Assembly: GCA_977020255.1 (NCBI GenBank)
Contig: CDROCS010005983.1
Location: forward strand, 1 to 58,595
Source: Obrimoposthia wandeli
Lineage: Eukaryota
Length of the DNA stretch: 58,595 bases
Direction: 5' to 3'
In this document: one piece after another, positions 1-7,431 of the stretch
Layout of the letters: every line of letters begins with the position of its first letter
How positions within the stretch are numbered: position 1 is the stretch's first letter
The notes under the pieces: generated by a model
Seen by the model: only the letters and a program-made list of their open reading frames with translations
Database searches by the model: none
Told to the model about the DNA's origin: nothing
Translations under genes and position numbers: made by a program

Positions 1-499
1 ATTTGGCATGACTGCCCGTTAATCTGGATAATTGTGACTAGACTCATACTTCAGTTTCGCTTCATCGTTTTGAAGGCATCTAGTTTGGCAATAACTTGAA
101 ATTTCTGTTAGGAATAATTTGCACTTACTAATACCATGATTACCGCTTTTTCATGGTTTGGTTATTCGACTATGTTTCTGAGTTGTATAGACTAAATTGT
201 AAATATTTCTCTTTGAATATAGATTGCACAGAATATGGTGTATAGAGTATATTGTAAAAAGAAAGTGCCTCATTATTGAAAATGCGAACAACTGTAAAGA
301 AAAATTACCAAAATCTCATTAACTTTTATCAGAACAATCATTTAATATCCAGCCACCAGAACGACTGTAAAACATTTCTTTAGTGCCTACAACTTATCAA
401 TATTTGGCCACATTAAAATTCTCTAAATAAATCCAATTAAGTAAATTTTGATTTTTAAACCAGACTCTAATTCAAGAAGGATTCCTTGCCCACGTTCTA

Positions 500-1060
500 T
501 TCACCACGTTGTCTTCAATAAACTTTATTATACGCAGATGAATACGCGATTGACTGAAGTATTTCGGTTTTTGGTAATTTTTGCTATAAAAACTTGTTAA
601 AGTAAATACACCATCTTCATCTAAACTTAATTGACACAAAATATCTTATAAATATTAAAATGAGAAGATAAAATTCTTCAAAGTCCGAAACGTCCTACTT
701 TTAAATAAGCCTGTATACATCCTAGATTCGACAGGGGTACCCTCGTCGCGATACAAGTCTTGTCAGTCCTCAAAGACATCCGGATCCAGTTTGTACCCTC
801 AAATCAGAACTCTGCATATTATCCTAGTCGGGAAAGATACCTGCTAGGAGAAGCCAAGGAAGACTGGGCTTATGTTTTCAGGAGGAAACAAGACTATTCG
901 CTGTGTACTAACAGACAAAAGTCTTCGAATGCCATTATCTCTTGTTGGCAATACGCCCCATTTATGTCTTAGTATTTTCTGTTCTCGTTGGTCACATCAC
1001 TCTCTTCGCCTATCAAGCACTTATCCAGGCGTGATGGGATTGGCGAGATTTTTATATATA
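500..1060 (-). mobile_element. Decayed Penelope-like element 3' end (GIY-YIG remnant plus pLTR-like tail); repeated in every unit (~7810-8370 etc.)
   Basis: A minus frame with stops reads YIKISPIPSRLDKCLIGEE (1005-1025 = DKCLIGE, cf. GIY-YIG C.KCYIGET) and, further on, QDLYRDEG(T/Y)P (739-756, cf. PLE C-terminal NRDEG). Downstream are ACGTTTCGGAC, TGAAGATGGT...ACCGAAATAC and AATAAA, motifs typical of PLE pseudo-LTRs. Pattern recognition only. Confidence 0.45.
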
Positions 1061-1989
1061 AGCAGCTGCGAAATATAAGTAATTACCAGTTTGCTATTGT
1101 CAATATTTATTGTAGGTTTTAGCAAAAGTTTAAATTTTAGTAAAATATTTATATTAAAACCTAAACATTGAGTCTATTGTTTACGCCCAAGAATTTGAGA
1201 AGCCAGTATTCTTTTCAGAAGATTATATTTGGGAACTTCAGAAACTAACCCTGTTATGAAACCAAACAAAGTTAATTGAATTTTCTCCGTAGGGTTTGAC
1301 AAGGAACACGGTGATAATTATTACATTGACATAAACAATATCTAAGAAACTCATTATCTATGACAGCTCATTGAATTTTTGTTCGAGTTACTTTTGATAT
1401 TAGAAAACCTCTGATTTAACAGTATCTGGGGAAATTATTATCTATGGCGCACTTTGATCTCCAGCAACAGAAAATGGACAACTGGTAATAATAGTTTGTC
1501 ATTCAGAATTCTAATTTAAAATTACTATATAAACAGTATTTCTGCATATTACGTCAAACTTCATTTAATCTTTCAGATAATTAAGATAACAGTAACCCTG
1601 AATACTTTTAAACATCAAATTGGTTTAATTTAAATCGAACTTTAGTTTATTTTAATTATTAATTAAAATGTTCATTTCAATAAACGAATTTTTTTTTGTT
1701 GAATGAGCATTTGTTAAATTATACTGTGACTTATAATCGCTTGTCTTATTATAATAATCATCATTTTACCAGTTTTTATTTAAATACATCTTTATTAGTT
1801 TTTTAAATCCAGTGCTTTGATTTAACCCGATTATTATTATTTAATTTTTGGTAAATAGCACAACAATCAGGAATTATATTTAATGTTGTGAAATGAATTT
1901 GGCCTACTACTTACCAGGCTAGTTAAGCGATTTTGGACGAATTTGTAAAGAGGATTTAGTTTGGATTTGTCAACCATAGAGTGAATAGG

Positions 1990-2350
1990 AAGATGTGAAA
2001 CTAAATATTCCGACGTTACAGAAAAAGACTGAAATGTCAATAGAATGCATCACTTACCCAATGTGTCGGGCTCCGATGTTTTCCCATTTCGCAACCACTA
2101 CATGGGTCAGCACTGCGCGAGAGGTGTGGCATTCCGGTCGAGGCCAGACGCATCCCATCGATCGTCCTGGCATATTCGCTGAATCTCCAGCGACCCCGAT
2201 AATGACAGTGGGCAGAACCATTCAATTTATGGAGGATCAAAACATCGAGGCGGACTTCGCTATATCCCCACCTGTTTTGCCGTTCCTACCTTGTTTTTTC
2301 TACCTGTTATCTTTTGACCCTACCTTCTCACCAGCTTCCTTGTAGAATAC
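1990..2350 (+). mobile_element. Probable 3' fragment of a non-LTR retrotransposon (I-group-like C-terminus); repeated in all 8 units
   Basis: A GC-richer island in AT-rich DNA. Joined frames read YPMCRAPMFSHF / GSALRERCGIP / VGRTIQFMEDQNI, like the degenerate Cys-His knuckle and terminal helix of RNase-H-bearing LINE ORF2. A pyrimidine-rich UTR-like tail follows. Confidence 0.35.
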
Positions 2351-5252
2351 ATATGAATAATAACTAAAGATAAAACTAATGATTCTGATTTTAATTCTTT
2401 TGTCTAAAATGTATTAGGAACGTGTATTAAACTTTATATACAAGATAAATAATTAATTAAACCCGGAACTCAAAATGATACAAAGTCTATAATAAAAGCC
2501 GGATGCAAACTATGTTATTTTTAAAAAATTCAAGTCTCTAAGTTCGATCCCTACGATAAATATGTAGCCAGTAGAATTGCGCAACATCCGTCAAATTGTA
2601 AAATCATGCAATATTTGTATAAATCACATAGTTGCTGAATAATGTTACACAATATGGCAACATGCAACACCTAATTACGTGGTACAACGTAGAACTCTCT
2701 TTCAGAACAGATTGATGCTAACAAAATAATTAACTTTCCAATTTTCTGACGATTTTGAGACGTAGAAAATGATGCAGAATAGCTTACAGATGAAGATGAC
2801 TAAAATCATGTTTTCTGTAACTACAAATATAATATTATGTAATTGAACATTTCATAAACCTAATAAGAAAATAATTCTACTTTATAATCTATAAGAATTT
2901 AATTTCAGTCTTTAAAAAACTGCGTTATATTTATATAAATAAAACTGTACCCATGTTAATTAATAAATTACAATATATTACAAGATGAGAACTAATCTAT
3001 TTGATTTCTAAATTTAACATTTATAAAATACTTATAAAACTCTAAAATATTAAGAAAATAGAAATCATTGTTTTGTTAGATTTTTTTAATAATCTAATAA
3101 AATGTAACATATATAACATATAAAATATTTTCATTCAAAAACGCAGAATGTGCTGGCTACTATACATAAACGGATGTATATTTACATGGATTCTCGCAAG
3201 GAAAAATCCTTCTATAATCAAGAAATCATATTATATTTTCAATAATATATGTAGAACTGTGACACCTAAATTCTCCAAGATTTACATAAATTATTTCGAG
3301 AGGAAAAAAGTATCAACCGCTTAAAAAACTGATGTCAATCGAGAAAACACTTTAAACTTTTAAGTATAAGGCTCAAAAAATTTTATATACCAATAAGAAA
3401 ACAAAGAAACATACAGTTACTAAATAATGTGTATTGTCTGCAAAATTTCCGTTTACAGAATGCCAACGCCACCAGTTTGTCATTTTAAAAACAGGTTCGT
3501 TCTTTAATTTGTTTATTTTTATTCTTTTTATGTTATTTTATCACCACTATCGCTATAATATTTATTTTTTATTTTACGTAACTCTCAATAATTGTTGGCC
3601 CTTGGTCATTTTTTAAAGTAATAAAATTATATTACCATTTTTTATATTTAATAAAGCCCAACAGTTACATTAAATTGTCAACACAAATTTACATTTCAAA
3701 TGAAAATATATAAATAAAATTTTATAAGATTTTGCTTTAAAAATATTATTAATAAAAAATATATATTGTAATCATTTTTACATTATCTATATTATTAGAT
3801 TGAATGATTGAATTATTTGGACTTATATTTCTGATTTCGTAAGGGTTTCTGTAACATCTTTTTAAAGGTTAAGAGTAAGTTATACGTAATTTACAACCAA
3901 ATTAAAAATAAGTCGTACTTTAATGAATCAAAAATCATTTTAAAGCGTAAATTTATTTTGATTAAAAAATTATATATTAACAAAATTTAAATTATGGTTA
4001 TCCTATACTACAAGAAGTACATATATATTTTGTAATACTAACATTTACACTCATTTATTAATGTTTTTCGGTTCAGGAGAAAATTAGTTGTCACAACCTA
4101 CAATTGAACAACAAATCTCACTACTTGTAAGTATACCACTGAACTATCGGGACTCGTAATTTCTCCATATAAATCAACTAAGAATTTTAGAATGAGGATT
4201 GTACAATTATAATTTTTAAGTAGATTAATTTTGTTCAATACAGATCTTAACAATTTCGACAATTAATCATGATGATAAACTGATTTTTGATCAAATAATC
4301 TAAGTAAAAATTCCACCTTTGTAGAACTGATACTTTTATAGAAACCAAAATTACTTAAATTTATATAAACCTTAGAATTTAAGTCACACTCTTCTCATGA
4401 CTTACCATATAGAGCCCTATCCCCGGGGATATGAGTCATTGATGATTCGTGTTCTTCATTCTCGGGGAATATATACCGGAAGATATCACATGACTAAAAA
4501 GCTATAAAAATAAGTTGTTAATAAAATATTAATATTAAAATGTAACAAATAATCTTTTCTAAATCGGCGTTCACAAATTTGTAAGGATTGAAATGAAAAT
4601 TTAATAATCTAATTATTTTGAATATATGTATAAAGAAAACCATATTAATTCAATAAAAACTTTCATTTAGATATAGATTCACCTAATATGTTACCAGTCG
4701 CCAACTCTGAACATGTAAAATGAAAATATCACCAGCGTTGAAATTTTAGGTGCATATAAAAATCTGTATGAAAGAATTTCTCATTTCTAAAATGAAACTG
4801 GACTCTCAACTAGTTGTTGTACTTGTTTCCTGTCAATGCCTGTTGTGAAGAAAATATATTAGAAAATAGCTATTAATAAATATCTAACAAATTCACTAAG
4901 AATGTATAGTGGATCTTTCTCATAAGCAGATCTGGTAATATTGAATGACGTTTAACAAAAATATCGCTTAAACCATGATATACAGCTAACTTCAAAAAAT
5001 ATCACTTGCAAAGGTCTATTTTTTTTGATTAAATTATTATTAAATATAGAATTCTCAAAACTTTTGGACTCCCGTTCTTTTGTTCGTTTAATGTTAGCAG
5101 TTGAAGTGTTTTATTTGAGGGAAAATTTATTTAAATATAAATATTTAATGATCTTGATTTTTGAAACTTAAAGCTTTAAATTGAAAAAAAAATCAACTTA
5201 ATTATTTAAATAGGTTTTCAGTTTTTGCCTAACTTAACCTAAATGTTTTTAG

Positions 5253-5444
5253 GGAATTTTAGAAAATTATCGTATTTGTAGAAAGTTAAACCAGCAAATT
5301 GCAGAATGGAAAGAGACATGTGTATGACGGGAAGACAAAACCTTGGTAATCGATAATTGGACTTATAAATAGCCGAATAAACATGCGACATAATATGAGC
5401 AGAATTTGAGAAGAAAGTGAAATCCAAGGCGAATTTCTGGTGAC
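5253..5444 (+). pseudogene. Possible more decayed TFIIA-gamma-like remnant
   Basis: After TTTTTAG the frame reads GILENYRICRKLNQQIAEWKETCV*REDKTL, then a phase-0 GTAATC (same hexamer as the gene's intron-1 donor). A shifted frame then reads CDII*AEFEKKVKSKANF, followed by GGTGAC, resembling DDIINDKLEKNVTDKMTFNGD. Stops and a frameshift are required. Confidence 0.25.
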
Positions 5445-5845
5445 CCCCCTTCGTCATCTATATTCCCTTCAACTACTACAACACAAATTGGTGTCAGAAG
5501 GAAACCCAGTGCCACAACAACAAGCATCAACAATCCTCGCTCCAACAGCCAACAATATACTGTCTCAACATCAACGCCTCCTACTGTCGCCAAACAACAA
5601 TTCAACGCCTCTCAACAAATCTCAATTTCATTATAACACTTATATTGCTTATATTTGCATAATTGTATTTTTGTTGTTGTATTTTTATATGTCTAAATTA
5701 TTCAATTTTAGCATAAAAAGATTTAGACTAACAACAAAAGTTAGTTTACAACAACTGAAATAAATTCAAAACATATGACTAATCTATTTTGAATATTTTG
5801 AATATTTATTTTTGACCTATTTCACTTAAAGTAATTAATATTTAA

Positions 5846-6160
5846 TTCGAGAAATTCAACCAAGCGCAGGTAAACGGCGAGAGTAACTACGACTTTCTGA
5901 GGGAGACAAAAACAGGAATCTATGAGATTCTTCGAGAGGACCATAATATAAGTAAAAATACAGAGGATATTTTACTTAGAATAATTAATATTATAAATAT
6001 TAATTCTGACCAATGTAATTTGGATAAAAACAATTTAAATCAAAAAGTAATTAATAGAAAACACTTGAGTCCTGTTTTGAATTATAAAATTCGAAAGATA
6101 AAATCCTTTTTTATATGCCATTTCAACATTACCGATTCAGCACTCTTGGAGTGTCTTTAA
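5846..6160 (+). pseudogene. Start-less 104-codon stop-free frame resembling the TFIIA-gamma N-terminal helical half; overlaps the start of the intact gene in another frame (present in every unit, e.g. 13779-14093)
   Basis: Translation: FEKFNQAQVNGESNYDFLRETKTGIYEILREDHNISKNTEDILLRIINIININSDQCNLDKNNLNQKVINRKHL... The spacing Y-x3-R-x-T-x2-G matches YQLYRNTTLG. ISKNTEDILLR resembles ITPQLALQVLLQ, and LDKNNLNQKVINR resembles FDKSINNALNQRVKAR. Hand alignment only. Confidence 0.4.
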
Positions 6161-6899
6161 GTAGTGCACTAGAAGAATTTGCTGAAATGTACAAATTACC
6201 GAGAACTTTTACTCAACAAGTAATCTTTATTGTATATTGTCATTCAATAGAAATTTTAGGTTTATAATGAGTTTGACGATATTATAAATGACAAACTTGA
6301 GAAAAATGTCACAGATAAGATGACATTTAACGGTGATATGAGAGCGTACAGGTTTTGTGACAGTGTTTGGACATTCATTATGGAAAATTTGATCGTAATA
6401 CAAAATGGAAAAAAGAAACTTTATCCGAAGGTTAGTTAATAAAAAAAATTACCAAGTATTTTGTTTAGATTTTTTTAACTTATAGCATTGAGATAAAGCA
6501 TAATTTTGATAAATTGTAATGTATGCGAAGTCATTTGATTATTCGTAATGGTAAACATATATATTTAAATACACTTTTTAAAACATTCTCTTTCTTTTAA
6601 ATTAACATATAAATAGCCAAGCTGTACATTATTGCCATCATTTATAATACATATATTTTTAAAGTACCTCAAACATGTGCATATTGAGCATTTTTGTTAC
6701 AAATACCTATTCTCTTAACACCGGTTATTAAAAAACTCTTTTTTTTCACTTAGAACTTTTCATACAATCACATTTTCTCATCGATTTTTCTTGTATTCAG
6801 GTCAAAATCGTGGCTGTGGATCAACAAACAAACAGTAAGCGGAAATTGGAAGTCGATGATGAAGAAGTACAGCCACCATCTAAAAGATATCGATATTAA
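6115..6899 (+). CDS. GTF2A2-like: Divergent TFIIA small (gamma) subunit homolog, copy 1; exons 6115-6219, 6260-6430, 6801-6899; 124 aa
   Basis: Spliced translation: MPFQHYRFSTLGVSLSSALEEFAEMYKLPRTFTQQ|VYNEFDDIINDKLEKNVTDKMTFNGDMRAYRFCDSVWTFIMENLIVIQNGKKKLYPK|VKIVAVDQQTNSKRKLEVDDEEVQPPSKRYRY*. There are two phase-0 GT-AG introns (40 nt GTAATC..TTTTAG; 370 nt GTTAGT..TTCAG). It aligns without gaps to human TFIIA-gamma residues 1-99 as recalled (YR..TLG.SL, FD..IN, YRFCD.VWTF, KVKIVA.D); hand count about 37/99 identical. Confidence 0.93.
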
Positions 6900-6912
6900 A
6901 TGAATATTGAAA

Positions 6913-6934
6913 AATAAAAATGTTTTTGTTTTGC
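6913..6934 (+). terminator. Candidate polyadenylation signal of the TFIIA-gamma gene (repeated in each unit)
   Basis: AATAAA at 6913-6918, 14 nt after the stop codon, followed by GT/T-rich TGTTTTTGTTTTG. AATAAA is common by chance in AT-rich DNA. Confidence 0.45.
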
Positions 6935-7080
6935 AATATTAATTATCTATCTCTATTTTTATAACCTTGCCATTTCCCTTTTTCCCATTTCTCTCCCGGT
7001 GTTGAAATTTGAATTGGTTTTCAAATGCTATGGTGAGTTGGATCATGTAAATTCAAATAATGTGCGTCCCAGCGATTCGT

Positions 7081-7431
7081 TTAAAATATTCCAGAATTCA
7101 TCGTACAGTAATAAGGACTGAATGATGCATTTCCCTGATCTATATTTCCTGTAAATCCGACTAGAGTATATTGTCTAAAACCAGACCCATCAGTGGTAAT
7201 CCAATGTTCAGTGTCATGGTAGTGTATCATATCATCACATGTAGGAATGTTCCAAATGTTATCACGGCCTAGGACATGTCCACGATTTACACTGCATGAA
7301 GGAGAGGAAGTTGTTTGGCATGACCGCCCGTTAATCTGATAATTGTGACTAGACTCATACTTCAGTTTCGCTTCATCGTTTTGAAGGCATCTAGTTTGCA
7401 ATAACTTGAATTTCGTTAGAATAATTTGCAC
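7081..7431 (-). other. Unknown 116-codon open frame convergent with the TFIIA-gamma gene (also 15013, 23568, 30883, 38816, 46119, 54675)
   Basis: Stop-free in all 7 complete copies, with higher GC than the flanks and 5 Cys. A GTAAGT donor-like site (7435-7430) and a CTAAC branch-like motif lie at its 5' end. No recognisable family. Confidence 0.3.

Noticed and set aside
1-480. Higher divergence of the first unit edge as a real older array border
   Set aside because: Differences are mostly single-base indels and substitutions to A, typical of low-coverage long-read consensus at a contig end. They cannot be distinguished from real divergence without reads.
1622-1630. GGTTTAATT as a nematode SL1 spliced-leader gene
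   Set aside because: Only 9 nt match; the rest of the leader and the donor are absent.
2498-2551. tRNA or tRNA-derived SINE (GTTCGATCCC B-box at 2542-2551)
   Set aside because: No proper A-box spacing or cloverleaf can be formed.
2700-3330. piggyBac-like transposase remnant (acidic DVENDAE*LTDEDD; KRRMC...ICRT)
   Set aside because: Only vague resemblance; no catalytic motifs or convincing TTAA-flanked terminal inverted repeats were found.
6104-6117. Programmed -1 frameshift joining the upstream frame to the TFIIA ATG
   Set aside because: The in-frame heptamer is C_TTT_TTT, not a canonical X_XXY_YYZ. The upstream frame has no start codon, no stimulatory structure is evident, and copy 7 has only five T.
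7200-7300. NRGHVLG in the minus ORF as a DRGH non-specific endonuclease motif
   Set aside because: The downstream conserved Asn/Glu motif and the expected domain length are missing.
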